This document shows, one piece after another, positions 38,533 to 51,985 of a DNA stretch of 64,000 bases (positions within the stretch are counted from its first letter, which is position 1; each line of letters opens with the position of its first letter). Source of the stretch: Takakia lepidozioides (lineage: Eukaryota; Plantae; Bryophyta). Made by a program: the position numbers and the translations under genes. Below the pieces are notes generated by a model, which saw nothing but the letters and a program-made list of their open reading frames with translations, searched no databases and was not told the DNA's origin. The stretch covers positions 10,354,001 through 10,418,000 of the forward strand of contig CM060731.1 in the NCBI GenBank assembly GCA_030704615.1, written 5' to 3'.

Positions 38533-40065
38533 GTACTGACCTAGCTTATTAGGCAATAATTAATTCAAAATCAAGTGCCTAATTAAATTGAGAACATTTT
38601 TGGAAAATGTGCCTAAAATTTGGAAAAATTTCATGAGAAGTGCCTAATTACTCGAAAAGTATGAAAAACACCAAAATTTCCAAATTGTGAAAAACACAAG
38701 CAAAGAGAAGTAGGGTTGTGCCAGATGTTTAGGTATAGGAAAAATAAAACAGGTAAAAAAAAACAAAAAAAACAGTTGGAAAGGTTTAGGGTTTAGTAAA
38801 TACCTATGTTGGTCTGGTATCAACATTTTGGGATACCAGGCTGGTCCTGGTATATGGGTGGATCTGAAAATGACATACCAGGGGAACATTGGTACCGGGG
38901 ATATTTATCAAGTTAGATACCAGTCTGGTAAGGGTATTGAGAAAATTTTCATCACTTAAGCAATGGTATCAATAGAAATGTGCCCAAGTAATACCAGCTG
39001 GTATATATACTGGGATCTGGTATCAAACAAGCCTTCAATTGACTTAAAAAACACTTGAAGAGTGTATCATACATGAAAAGCGGAACTGCACATGAAAAAT
39101 GATCTCATTGCCACCGACTGCAAACTTCATATCATACTTTATTGCAAATCAATGTTGCATGCACATTTGCTCTCATGGCGCAATTTGTGGGCTGAAATTT
39201 TTTCCACGCATGAACAATTTGGTTTGAGACACCTCAAGGACCTAAGACTTGTCCCCTTGAGACCATATTAACACTCTTCCCTACTTCCCGTCAACAAGGA
39301 TTGATACTAGTCGAAGAATGGTTGTGAAACGCTTGCAACGAGTATCAATACTAAATCCTAGCCATCAACTCCAGACTAGTATGGTATTCGCTAACCCTAC
39401 GCTGGCAGATTCGTTTTTATTATTTAGGTCCCTCACCTACAAACATTAGGCATGTATTACAGTCGACCCTGGATAAATAATGAATAATTGTTAGGCACCT
39501 CCCTCAAAAACTATTGTTGAGGTAATTTTCTCGTAAAAAAAACATAATGGTCTTGAAAATAGATGTTACCTCAACAATTGTTTTTGACCTCCCTCAAAAA
39601 CTATTGTTGGGGTAATTTTCTTTTTTTTTAAACATAATGTTTGATATGTGATAAAAGAATGTGAAGGTTGTATGTACCAGTGTTGGTTTGGTATGGGTAT
39701 CAGACCCGAGTATCAACCCTGGTATCAGGAACCAGACCAGCCTGGTCCTAAATTCTACATTTTTATTAATTATTAGGTGCACCAACAGTCAGTAGCTCAG
39801 TTGGTTAAGTGCACTTAGTGCCACCCAGATGGTTCCGGGGTCAAATCTTGCTACTGAGGGGTGTGGTATGGTTCCTGGGCGATGTCCCACTCATTCGCCT
39901 CCATGGTGCATAAATGAAAGAGGTTATTTTCTCCTCTCATTACAAAGGGGCCTGATTTGTGAGCTGTCGCTCCCAGGTGTTTCCCTTTTTAAAATATTTA
40001 TTTTTTATTTTAAAAAAAAGAAAAGAAAAGAAGGCGCAGAAGTGCCTAATAAACTAGGTCAATAC
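38533..40065. mobile_element. Putative non-autonomous TIR DNA transposon upstream of PLM
   Basis: GTACTGACCTAGCTTATTAGGCA (38533-38555) versus reverse complement of 40043-40065, GTATTGACCTAGTTTATTAGGCA (21/23 match); AT-rich non-coding interior. Confidence 0.55.
39787..40032 (+). mobile_element. tRNA-derived SINE-like element
   Basis: A-box TAGCTCAGTTGG, B-box-like GGGTCAAATC, ~150-bp body and A-rich tail. Confidence 0.5.
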
Positions 40066-40373
40066 TACTAGTGTTGGGAGGGTATTGGGTACGCAGAGGG
40101 TATCAACCAGTGTTGGTCTGATATCTTGAATTGGAAATACCAGAAGGGTCCTCGTATGCAGTGCTGAATTTTTTTTAAGGCAGGTAGGTTTTCCAATAAT
40201 GCAGCCCCTGATTTTTTCAAGTATGAATCTGGTATGTATAGAGTGGTTTTAAGAGAAAAAAAATCAATCCGGACATGAGCAATGACATCTGAATGTCAAT
40301 AAACGTATTAAAAATTAATAAAATAAAAATGGTACTAGTATTCAAATGACCATCTGAACAGTTCAAATGGCCA

Positions 40374-42569
40374 TGTCAAGTTAAATAAACACAGTGTGAA
40401 ACTAACTAGAATAAATCTAGTTATTTGTATTTAACACTTGGAATTAGTTCAAGTGTTAAGTCAGGTGTCAAGTTTAGCTTGACACCTGAACCATCTTAAC
40501 TTCACGAGCTCGTCAGTCAGTCGTGCGACTCATCTCTCTCGAGTTGAGCCTGCACGACGTAGCTCCCTCGCTGCTTAGCATCTGAATGTACTTATGGAGG
40601 GAGAGTAGGATGTTGTGGGGTGGAGTCCCCATAGCTTGGGGTGCCCCTAGCTCGACTCTTATTTTAACGAGTGATTGTATTGTATTTCGTGTTTTTGTGT
40701 CAACAGACACTCTGTGAGTTTAGTTTTCATATCACTCGAGCGAGATGGCTTGTGTCTTTTAGTGCGAGATACGAGTCTTAGTTAGCACTAGTGTCTTGTT
40801 TTTGTGTTTGAAGCTTCCTTAAGATGTCAGCTCAGTTGAGTGAGTGGAAGATTGAGTGGAAAAAAATTAGCAGTTGAAGGGATTACTCGTGTCGAGAAAA
40901 CCTGTAGTTAAGAGAAAAATGAAATTTTGAGAAGAAAGATTGGCTAGCAACGCTCCGAATGGTGTAGCCGTTGCTGCCAAGCCGTATTGGAACCAGCTCA
41001 TGACCTGCAACATCTAGCCTATAATATGCCAGGGATAAGCCACACGGAAGAGTATCTGCAAGGGTTGATGTTAGCCGATCTTGTAAGCTAGGAAGCTGAT
41101 AACAACACATGACGGGGCTGACCGCAACGTAGCCAGTTGGTTGGCGTCGATATGTTTACAAGGTACTTGCAGGCTGGTGCTTAAAAACCACAATGACAAG
41201 CAGAATATGGAGTGGCTTATTGGTAACTGAGTTAGCAAATATAATGAAAAGCCGTCACTCAAGTTGATGGTTGTTAAGAACAGGAAGAAGCGGGGAGCGG
41301 CAGTGTCTCGGTAGAGCAACCTGACGGTAGAGATGTGAAGAGAAGTGGAGCACGGTGTGAGGCCATGTTGGCTGGAAGAACTCAATGAATGATTTGCCAT
41401 CAGAATATTGGGTTCGTGGTCTGGCGGCTTCCATCGACTCGGACAAAAGCTGAACAGACCAGACCCTCGTTTTGTTTTCATTAATCGTATCCAAAGTCGA
41501 CCTATCGGGCTGGATATGACATTGGCTCTAATGGAGGACGATTAGCTAGCTCCATCGACGAACTCTGCAATGGTGGAGCTGCGGACAGAAGCTTGAATCA
41601 GAATTAACTTGGGCAATCGGCACTACTGCTCAGGTGGTCCTGGTTGGGATGTCCACTCGTCCATCTGTAGGTTTGATAAATCTACAGGGGCGATGTCATA
41701 GCGCACCTAGGTAGTCAAGTAACACCTCAGTGACACTTACGTTGCTGAGAGGGTAAGGTAATCATGATGGATTGATGTCAGTGGCAAGATGAACATGACG
41801 GATCTTGAGACTGTTGGAGACCTGCGAACAATGGAGTTTGGATGGCCTTGACTCGAGGAAGGTGTGAAGAAGATTGACAAGCTCCTCCGCCGTGACCAGG
41901 TTGTGGTGATCTCATTAATCTTTGTATTTTCCATGGTGGGCTATTTGAATTGGAATTGATCAGGGTTCGTTTTGCCTGCCAATCGAATACCAATAGTCAA
42001 CGATATGGCTGGCCACCACGTCAAGGTGAAGCTGGATTGAAGTTGGAAAATGGTGGATGGCTGTGAAATTGATTAGTCAATTCAAATGAGGGCCAATTGC
42101 TCTTGAATCGCTGGCCGAAGGTGGTGTCGGGCTCTAAATGGCTTGGGGATTTTGCGGGCACTCGCATGGCACTCGCATGGCACTGTATTTTTTTAACTTG
42201 ATGGGAACCTACAGGGAATCGCAAAAAGAAAAAAAAAAAGAAAAAAAAAAACGTGGGATCAGGGAACCAAAAGAAACTAATTGAAAATAGTTTTTCCTTG
42301 TATTTGTTTCCATTTAAGGTCATATATTATGTTTAGAGAGCCTGTTTGGCCACATCTTTGTCAAATGAGCTCCGTTTGACGCAGTTTTTGGGGAGATAGC
42401 TGCAGGAAGGGGAAATCTATCAACTCAGACCTCGTTTTAGTTTTTTGGACCTGACCAAAAATCTATAGAATTTTTCTAATGTAAATTAGATCTTCCCCAC
42501 ATATATTTGAGGTCCATTGAATAAGCTGTTTCAAGTTAGGGATGATCACCAAGCTTTCTGTTCGTAACA
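40374..42569 (+). mobile_element. Non-coding repeat 'A' with TGT...ACA ends (solo-LTR-like or non-autonomous element)
   Basis: First ~360 bp recur at 57785-58125 (+) and 54085-54404 (-); 42335-42422 recurs inverted at 52214-52308. Confidence 0.65.
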
Positions 42570-42573
42570 CACC

Positions 42574-45500
42574 TGTCACTCTTTGACATTAGTGTATGGC
42601 TAGAGAGGAAATGGAGAGTGTCGGGATGAGGGCATGCTGGGGTTAGGAATTGCTTTAGTCTCTCCTCCCCATAGCTTTCCACCCTCTCGGTAGGCCAAAA
42701 CCTTTCCATAGGTGGAGGCAAGAGTCAGTCCGGGTTTTTGGGCTGGGGTATTCTGCAGGAGCAGCACTGCGGAGGGATTTTGGTGTGGGGGTGTTGATGT
42801 TTTGATTTCTTGTGTTTGGATCCCCCCCAACACCTGCATGCTTGACTGTGCGTCATGTTGGTTTTGTGTGGGCGCTTGCTTTCATAGGGATTAGGCCGGA
42901 TTTGATCACCGGTCAATCCTAGAGTATGTTGTCGGTGGTGAGGCTGGAGTGATGACCAGCAAGAACACCAATGTTTCTTCTATGGTGAGACTAGGTTGAT
43001 GACCAGCCAACCATAGGAGTTCTTGCGGTGGATGCAAGTGCAGGTGCCCTGAGCCACTGGGATATGACCCTTAAACCGCAACAGATGCCCACCCGTGTCA
43101 CTATTAGAATTAGTACTAGAGCCTTATAGTGTCACGTGGAGGAGGTGCGGGTTGTGAGTATCATCACGGAGTTACCCAAGGGTTTTGAGGGGAGTACGGC
43201 TACAAACAGTAACAGTGAGAGTGGGTTCACAAGACGAGGGGTTCGGTTCAGACCACCTTCATCTCCACCCTCAACTAGTGTAGAGTCTGACACAGACTCG
43301 GAGGCTTCATCAACATGTGTGCAGTTTTCTTCGTCATTATTGTGGGACGACATGGAGGAGATGTATGGAACTACCAAGGGGCCTCGTAGGTACTCTGGAG
43401 CTGTGGGCACAATCAAGCTGGATGACTTTATCTAGGAGTTCGACAACTAGTGTGATTTGCAGCAGATACGCAATCCACAGCTGTTCACCCCATTCATGGT
43501 GTGGAAGTGACTGTTCCAGCATTTGGAAGGCCTGCCTATGGACGATTACCACGAGTTCAGGCGAGGACATGAAGCAGAGATTGAGGAGTGGAGGATATAT
43601 TGGTCACTTGACTACGTCTCCATTACTCGAGGCATGACGCGACCAGTAGCTGCATCAGCACCAATATCTCCCACTGCCAGCACTAGTAGTGGAACAAGTA
43701 GTGTCGGTACTTCTGCAGGTGGTACCAGTTCAAAAGGTGCTACTACTCCTCATGCCACAGCTACAACACATGTGCCTAGATTCAACCCGGTGGTGGAGTT
43801 CTTCCAGGAGTTGTGGAGGAACTACCAAGGCGTACGGACAGAGAAGCTGCGAAGTTTGCAAGACTTCCAGTGCAAATCCAGTGAGAGCTTGCGAGAGGCC
43901 TACACTTGTATGAGGCGCTTGATAAATGTGACCCAAGGGGTTACTGAAGCTCAGGCAGTCCAGTTCTGGTATGGAATTTTGGACAATGAGCTCAGGAGAA
44001 GGGTGCGGGATGCAACCCTGTTACAAGCGGCCCAACCCACATTAGCAGATGTGTTTCTGTTGGCTGAGCGGATTGAGCTCAACATGGTGGAGGAGCGAGT
44101 TGTTACCATTGGATTTGGCAAGGACATGTCTGCATGAGGCGCAGCTGCCAGCCAACAGGCACAAGGGACTGCCCAACAATGTGGTCAGGGGGGCAAGGTT
44201 GCCCAATCCAAATTCCATGGAGCTTACATGGGACCTCAAGTGCAGAGGCCAGTAGCATCTTTTGCAGGCCAACAACAACCAGGGGTGGTACGTTGGACAT
44301 GTGGAGGACCCCATGTCAAGAAAGATTGCCCAGAGAGTGACAAAGGGCCGACACAAGTACAGCCTGCATAGTTGCAGTGTGGGCATTGTGGCAAGTATGG
44401 GCATGGAGATGCCCAGTCTTATGACTTGCACCCTGAGTTGCGGCGAGGCCAGTTCCAAGGGAACAATGGTGGTCGAGGGAGAGGTGGAGCACCTCAGAGA
44501 GGTCGAGGTGGTCAGGCACGAGGTGCATGACAGGGCAAGCACAGTATGGCCAAGGATGTGGAGGTTAGGGCGTTGACCAAGGCATGGCCAACCGGCTTCA
44601 GCAGCTAGAACAAAGATTTGCTGCCATGGCTACAGCTCAGGTGGTACCAGCTCCAAGACCTGAGGGTCCACTTCCTGTTCTTCCTTAGCAGCGTCATCCT
44701 GACGGAAGAGACATGGGAGACATGAGATTTATGTGTGGGGCAGCACTACCACTACTGCAGGTGGAGTCTACTGCCATGAGCCACGAGGTGCAGATGTGGA
44801 GTTGGATCTACAGCGTGGGGAGGCTCGCCGTCAAGCTAGGTTGCCTCAATCATTCATCTTGGCGGAGATAGGGTCGATGACATCCATGGCACCTAGTTCT
44901 CGCCCGACGGATACCGAAGTAGAGGCCGTTATTGAGCTATTGGGGAGAGCTACACGTGCAGCACTGACACCTGCTGCCAAGGCTAGTGCAGCCAGTGTGT
45001 TGTTGGGGGCGGCCACCTCTTTGTGTCAGGCCACAGTGTTCTTGGCAACCATGATTGCGACGCCGGGGGTAAGACCAGCTGTAGTGTTCAGACTAGCAAC
45101 AACACTCTGTGAGAGTGAGGAGATCACTTCATCTTCTGCGGAGTTAGTGGAAGGTGTAGTGGCAGAGGGATCCTCGGATTTGAGGGTAAAGACTGCCACG
45201 GCTGCGCCATGTCAAGCTGCAGCTGTCAGGTTGACGGAGCTGCTAGCTATGCCAGCCTTTGAGCGCGCCATGGTGACATCTGGAGTTGTCTTGTTAGACA
45301 ATCAGGATGATATTTTCTCTTTGAGTGGACCGGCAGGCAAGAGGTACCGGCCACTGCGGGCCTTGTTGGACTCGGGAGCTCAGCCACTGATGTTGGGCAG
45401 AGCTGCTATTGCAGGTTTGGGCCTCATGGAGGCGGATATGGAGCCTTGTCCTTTCCAGATACAGACATCTCTGGGAGATTAGAGCAGGCTTGGGGCATGA

Positions 45501-47258
45501 TACGGCGTGAGTTGGCCATTAGACTACAGCCGGATCATCCTATAGATGGCTCAGTGATGCCAGCCAAGGCCATTATGACAGACGCGGTCTCTTACGATGT
45601 CTTCGTTGGTGGGGCAGTGTTGTATCACATGGGCTTCACCCTGGATTTTTGGGAGGAGTCAGCATCCTACAGGCCTAGATGACAATCAGGGGATGGTCGT
45701 CGTGTACAGGTTCCTGTGATATTCATTGGGGGTGTTGCTGCTGCCCAGCGGGGCAAGATGCCAACACTAGCAGCCTTCACAACTGCAGTTAATTGGCCTG
45801 GAGAGTTGCTGGAGGGCAATGCCCATGCAGATGATGTGCCACCTCCAGCAGAACAGGATGACATGCATGATATGGCGGAGTTGCCTGCCATGGTTGTTCA
45901 CACTCCATTGTGGGGTACGAGTAAGGATTTGCAGCAGGATGCTGATAGACGGGTGCAACAAGCTTGGGTAGATGTCTTTGTACCGTCAGGAGAGGAGGAG
46001 AGTGCGGTGATTGCACAAAGACCACCTCAGTTGTCGCCATTGGACACCACACCTATTGTGTGGCAGTGCCCGGATGAAGGCATATGCCTTCTGGACTTGT
46101 TTGGCGGGATCAGCACTGGATTGGCTACAGTGTTGCAGGCAGATGTACGAGTTCGACGTTACCTGTATGTGGAGAGGGATGAGACTGCACGACGTGTCTC
46201 ACTGCGTTATGTTGCTCAGTTGGTGCAGCAGTACCCTGATTTGTTGCCGGTGTCTGTAGTTCGTGGATACCAACAAGCCTTGTCAGCAAACATCTCTTTG
46301 TTGGGGGCATATGATTTGGAGCGGGTTGGCCATATTCACTTGGTAGTGGCAGGTTGGCCCTGCCAAGGGCATTCATCAGCCGGGTATGGCAATGGGTTAC
46401 AAGACTCAAGGTCACGTCTGTTTTGGGAGATGTTGAGGGTCTTACGCTATTTACAGCTTCAGCAAACAGACTCTCCGACATATATCTTGGAGAATGTGCC
46501 ATTGATGGGTGATTCTCGGGCCAAGGTGATGGCCGGTGTTCATCAAGTGCGGTCTTGGCTTGGGTCAGCAGTGTTGCTGGATGCAGCTGCAGTGGGGTCA
46601 CGGGCTCATCGCCCACGACTATGGTGGACCAACTTGATGTCACCTGCACTGCTCAAGCGTGCATTTGATGGGGTGCAACGGCCACCAAACCTGACGGTGG
46701 ATAGCATTTTGGACATAGGGAGATAGTCTCAACGTGTGAGACACGATGACTGATCATCTTTGGCAGTGGTCAATAAAGTGGATCACCCACGAGCAACATT
46801 ACCTACACTGCTCAGCTTTCCAGGATCTTATGCTTTCCGAGATGGTGGACCTGGCCTCTTGTGGGATAGCCAGTTGCAGCAGTTAGTGGAACCCAATGCT
46901 GACGAGCGCGAGCGGGCGATGGGTTTTACCACTGGTACCACGGCGGTGCCATCTCTTTCTAAGGCATCACGTCGTCAGGTGTTGGGGCAAGCAATGGATC
47001 TCAATTGCTTGACCTAGATTATCAGCTTGGCTATGGCTGAGCAGCATAGAGTACGGAGTACACTTCCCTTGATAGTCTCTCTGCCTACCGAGACGGTATA
47101 GGCAGCGAGTGGGGGCGAACAGGTGCGGACCACGAGGTGTAGGCCGCATCTATGGCACACGTGGGAGGTGCTCGAGGTTCAGAGGGATTTGGCAGCCAAG
47201 GCGGCGGTGATGGATGAGGTTGGGGATTTTTCTCGGGTTGAGGAGGTCCTCAAGGGTG
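42574..47258 (+). mobile_element. DNMT-carrying Ty3/gypsy, copy 1 (leader, gag, protease, methyltransferase; truncated before RT)
   Basis: Gag 43136-44690 with knuckles (WTCGGPHVKKDC, CGHCGKYGH); PR RALLDSGAQPLM; C5-MTase; several in-frame stops. Confidence 0.9.
46075..47030 (+). pseudogene. DNMT3-like C5 cytosine methyltransferase domain (copy 1)
   Basis: Motif I LDLFGGI, II YVERD, IV AGWPCQGHS, VI YILENV, VIII AHRPRLWWTNL, IX ERERAMGF, X RRQVLGQAM; stops at 46724, 46750, 47015. Confidence 0.93.
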
Positions 47259-47600
47259 TGTCGTGCGCATACGTATCGCTACACAACTACATCACTGTCC
47301 AAACCACACCACACATATATGCACAATAAAGTAGTCTGCCACAATCGCCCCCCTAGCTGGTGGTTAGGTCCCTCTAACTCCAGATAGCTACAAGATGTAA
47401 TAGCCACAGCCGTACTAAGTCCTCTATCACTGTCCCTTTTGTTCTCAAACTCTATAGACCAAGAGGCCGGGTACAAGAGCAACCCCATCGTTAGTCGCCG
47501 TCTTGCAATCTGTGAACTTGAGTCAGGATCTCGTGTGTTGGTCTCCTAGTAGCTTGGCCTTGCATTTTTTGTTAGCCTTCCATGGTTGTATCCACTCCCA

Positions 47601-47745
47601 CTATCCAATGCAATGCAGACATAACCAATCCCCATCATGAACCATCTCAAGAGGTGGAGTCAAGCATCCTATATGCCAACCTCTAGAACATCGATCACAC
47701 ATCAGCATGGTGGCTGCCCCTCTAGCAGACCCACACAACATGCAC
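47601..47745 (-). CDS. PHD finger at the integrase C-terminus
   Basis: CMLC-x11-CDRC-x4-HIGC-x11-WLCLHC, a C4HC3 pattern with LTPPL and conserved Trp. Confidence 0.92.
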
Positions 47746-50700
47746 CTCAAACTTGCAGGTACCACTGCCAGGTTTGGATCAATCCTGCCATCGATATTCG
47801 GAAGGTGACATGGCGCGCAATTACGCACATGGTCCTTCCAAGTCATGCCATCCCGACCCTCCAAGATCAAGACGCCTGAGGGAAATACCTCTCGAACCCT
47901 CAAAATAACATGTCATGCAGTCACATCCAGGGTCGTTGGAGCAGTCTGCTGCAAATAAACATAGTCACCAGGGTGAAATCTCCGAACCCCAGGACGATAG
48001 CCCCCACCACGTATGATAGCATACCTCAATGTATCACGATGTTGCGCAATGGCAAGGTTCTCGAAAGCCATGGGCATGACTTTCTTGAACAACTCCGCGC
48101 GCTGACCACATGTAGTGCCCACACGTCCGGATCGTCAAGGTTGAGAACTGTAGTAGCTTCTCTACGAATGGATGCAGGCAAATCTGGCTCTCGGCCAAAG
48201 AGAAGAAAATATGGTGAGAAGGAGGCAAGTGATGCTTGCTTGCTGAACCTGTAGCCCATGGCTAACCATGGTAACTAAAGGTCCCAATCTCCTAGGTGTC
48301 CCTTTTGCAAGCCATACTTGCGCAAACCCCTCTTCACTGTCTGAACAACCCTCTCTGCCAAGCCATCGGCCTCAGGATGATCCCGAGAAGTGGTGCGGTG
48401 GTCTACCAAGGCCTTGTCACACAACGTCTGAAACTCCCCCAAGAACTCATCTCCCTTGGTCCGTGAGTACCTCAGCTGGAGCACCGAATCGGCTAAGTAC
48501 ACAATCCAAGAATGCATACGCAGCTCCCTCACTAGCCTTATCAGGCAATGGAACCAACTCGATCCACTTGGAGAAGTGCTCCACCATCATCAACACGTAC
48601 TTATTGTGGCGCATGGTCAGTGGCAACGGCCCTACGAAGTCAAGACTCCACCTCTAGCCCAATCCCATGATCGGAAGAGGGTGCAATTGTGGAGTAGGGG
48701 CGTTGAATGAAGCACGCACCCTGTCACACACCATGCACCTAGCCACAAATTGTTGCACCTTTGTGTGCATACCATGCCACCAATCCTGCCCCTGCAGTAG
48801 ACTATGAGTGCGTCGCACCCCAAAATGCCCCAACTCCTCATGGGCATGCCGCACTAACCGTGCCCGCTGGGTTGGGTGAGGCACAATCCTCACTCAACCA
48901 TCTTCCCACACTTCAGAGCAGGTGTGTCCCCTCCCACTTGAACCTCTTGGCTCGTTGTAGGATCCGATCCCTCTCTTTGGCAGTCATAGTGGCTGCCGTG
49001 CCCCCAGTGCGGAGATAGTCCAACACAGCTGAATCCTCATGTATATCTTTGGCGCCACCTTGCTCATTGCTGGCCTCAGGATCCTCAGACACTCGGTCTA
49101 CAGTCATCCCTGTTGTAGGTCCAACCTGGCCTTCCGCTGCCAAGATACACAAAAATGCAAATGCATGCCATCCGGGCACCATCTCCTCGTCCGTCTCACC
49201 GTGCCACCGAGCTCCAGTGTCATCCTGCTGGCTCGTGCATGGATTGCGACTCAACCCATCCACATCCCGATTGACCAAACCCGGTCGATGCACAACCTGA
49301 AAGTTATACTCTTGAAGTATGAGTGCCCACCATGCAAGCTTCCCCGTAAGCTTGTCTGACTCCATCAACCACTTGAGTGGCTGGTGATCCGTGACAAGGG
49401 TGAAGAGATTGCCATATAGATAGCACCTGAAGTGTGCCACGGCCCACACTGCAGCTAAGCACTCTCCCTCATATGAGCTATACTTAGCCTCTGCAGCGTT
49501 GTTCGAGCGACTGTCATAAGCCTTTATAAACTCTCTTCCCTCATCATCCACCTGTGTAAGCACCGCTCCAAGCCCCATCATGCTCCAATCTGTATGCAGC
49601 TGAAAATGACGCCCCCTGATAGGTCGTCTCAAGATGGGTATCGAGGTCAACCTCGCCTTGAGCTCTTGGAAAGCTCGTTCTTGCTCATCTTTCCACTGCC
49701 ACTCCTGGTCCACCTTGGTCAGTTTGGTTAGAGCCTTTGCAATGGCACTAAATCCCTTAACAAACCGTCTATAATAGTTTGCTAACCCCATGAAAGCTCG
49801 AACTCGGCTCACATCCGTGGGGCGTGGAATCTGTGCAATGGACTCTACCTTAGTCTGCTGTACCCCCAATCCTCCAGGATATATCATGTGACCCAGATAC
49901 TCAATTCGGTTGTGGAAAAACTTGCACTTCCCCGGATGTAAGTTCAATCTGTGCGCCCTCAAGCGCTCAAATACCACCTGAAGGTGTCTCTCATGCTCCT
50001 CTACCGTAGCACTAAAGATGATGATGTCATCTATGTAGCACCGAGTAAACTCCACCCCTGCTAGAATCCTGTCCATGACTCTCTGAAATTCTGCCAAAGC
50101 ATTTTTAAGCCCAAATGGTAAGAACCGCCACTGGTATAGGCAATCTTTCTCGTGCTCATTGATCCCCCAGAATGTCATCTTCTGCTTATCCGCCTCCTTG
50201 ATCGGCAACTGGTGATATCCAGATCGTAAATCCAAAGTGCTAAAGATTTTGGCATGCCCAATGGCATCAAAGATCTCCTCCGGTATCGGCATGGTATACC
50301 TATCGGACTTGGTCTGACAATTTACAGGCCGGTAATCACCGCACATACGCCTCTCCGTCCAATTGCCATAGACATCCTTCTTGGCTGACATCACTATGGC
50401 TGAAGCATACTCTCCCCCAGATAGCTCCACCAACCCAGCCTCCCAAAGGTCCTGAGTTCTCATCTGAATCAATGACCTCTCTATGTCACTGTATCTATAG
50501 GGTCTCCGAAAGATTGGTGTGTCAGTAGCCAATTCAATGCGAATCTCTTGACCCTTCAGTGCTCATAAGTCCTTCAAACTGAAGGCAAAGCAGTTCCTGT
50601 AAGTCCTCACAAACCGCCGTATACGTCGTCTCTCTCCTTCGGTGACTATAGGTCCAACATCAGGCTCCCAGTTGTCCTCCGTGACTGCAACCTTGAGTCC

Positions 50701-51028
50701 AGCAGGCTTAGAGGTAGAAGACGCGTCTCGTGGTTGCTATGCTGCAACCTCTTGAGCAGTGATCACTACCTCCTCTATCAGTGACAATGTCTCATCCTGC
50801 CCCATCATCCCATCCTTGAGGACCTCCTCAACCCGAGAAAAATCCCCAACCTCATCCATCACCGCCGCCTTGGCTGCCAACTCCTTCTGAACCTCGAGCA
50901 CCTCCTACGTGTGCAATGGATGCGGTCTGCACCTCGTGGTCCTCACCTGTTCGCCCCCACTCGCTGCCTGTACCGTCTCGGTAGGCAGGGAGACCATCAA
51001 GGGAAGTGTACTCCGTACTCTGCGCTGC

Positions 51029-51985
51029 TCAGCCATAGCTGATAATCCAGGTCAAGCAATTGAGATCCATTGCTTGCCCCAACACCTGACGACGTGATGC
51101 CTCAGAAAGAGATGGCACCGCCGTGGTACCAGTGGTAAAACCCATCGCCTGCTCACGCTCGTCAGCATTGGGCTCCACTAATTGCTGCAACTGGCTATCC
51201 CACAAGAGGCCAGGTCCACCATCCCGGAAAGCATGAGATCCTGGAAAGCTGAGTAGTGTAGGCAATGTGGCTCGTGGGTGACCCACCTTATTGACCACTG
51301 CCAAAAGTGATCGGTCATTGTGTCTCACACGCTGAGACTTTCTCTCCATGTCCAAAATGCTATCTACCGTCAGGTGTGGTGGCCGCTGCACCCCATCAAA
51401 TGCACGCTTGAGCAATGCAGGTGGCATCAAGTTGGTCCACCATAGTCGTGGGCGATGAGCCCGTGACCCCAATGCAGCTGCGTCCAGCAACACTGCTAAC
51501 CCAAGCCAAGACCGCACTTGATGCACACTGGCCATCACCTTGGCCCGAGAATCACCCATCAATGGTACATTCTCCAAAATATATGCCGGAGAGTCTGTTT
51601 GCTGAAGCTGTAAATAGCGTAAGACCCTCAACATCTCCCAAAACAGGCGTGACCTTGAGTCTTGTAACCCATTGCCATGACCAGCTGATGAATGCCCTTG
51701 GCAGGGCCAACCTGCCACTACCAAATGAATAGGGTCAACCCGCTCCAAATCATGCGCCCCCAGCAAAGAGATGTCTGCTGGCAATGCTTGTTGGTATCCA
51801 CGAACTGCAGACACTGGCAACAAAATCAGGGTACTGCTGCATCAACTGAGCAACATGGCGTATTGAGACGCGTCGTGCAGTCTCATCCCTCTCCACATAC
51901 AGGTAACGTCAAACTCGTACACCTGCCTGCAACACTGCAGCCAATCCAGTGCTGATCCCGCCAAACAAGTCCAGAAGGCATATGC
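51029..51985 (-). pseudogene. DNMT3-like methyltransferase domain (copy 2)
   Basis: Same motifs as copy 1; motifs III-X uninterrupted in ORF 51029-51823; one stop (51909) and one frameshift upstream. Confidence 0.93.

Noticed and set aside
39787-39860. Possible tRNA gene (also 30893-30980 and ~25500-25566)
   Set aside because: A/B-box-like motifs are present but I could not fold a valid cloverleaf; treated as SINE-like or uncalled.
45716-47030. Bacterial restriction-modification methylase or host DRM/CMT gene
   Set aside because: It lies in frame inside a gypsy polyprotein, recurs with the element, has no introns, no UBA/BAH/chromo domains and no partner nuclease.
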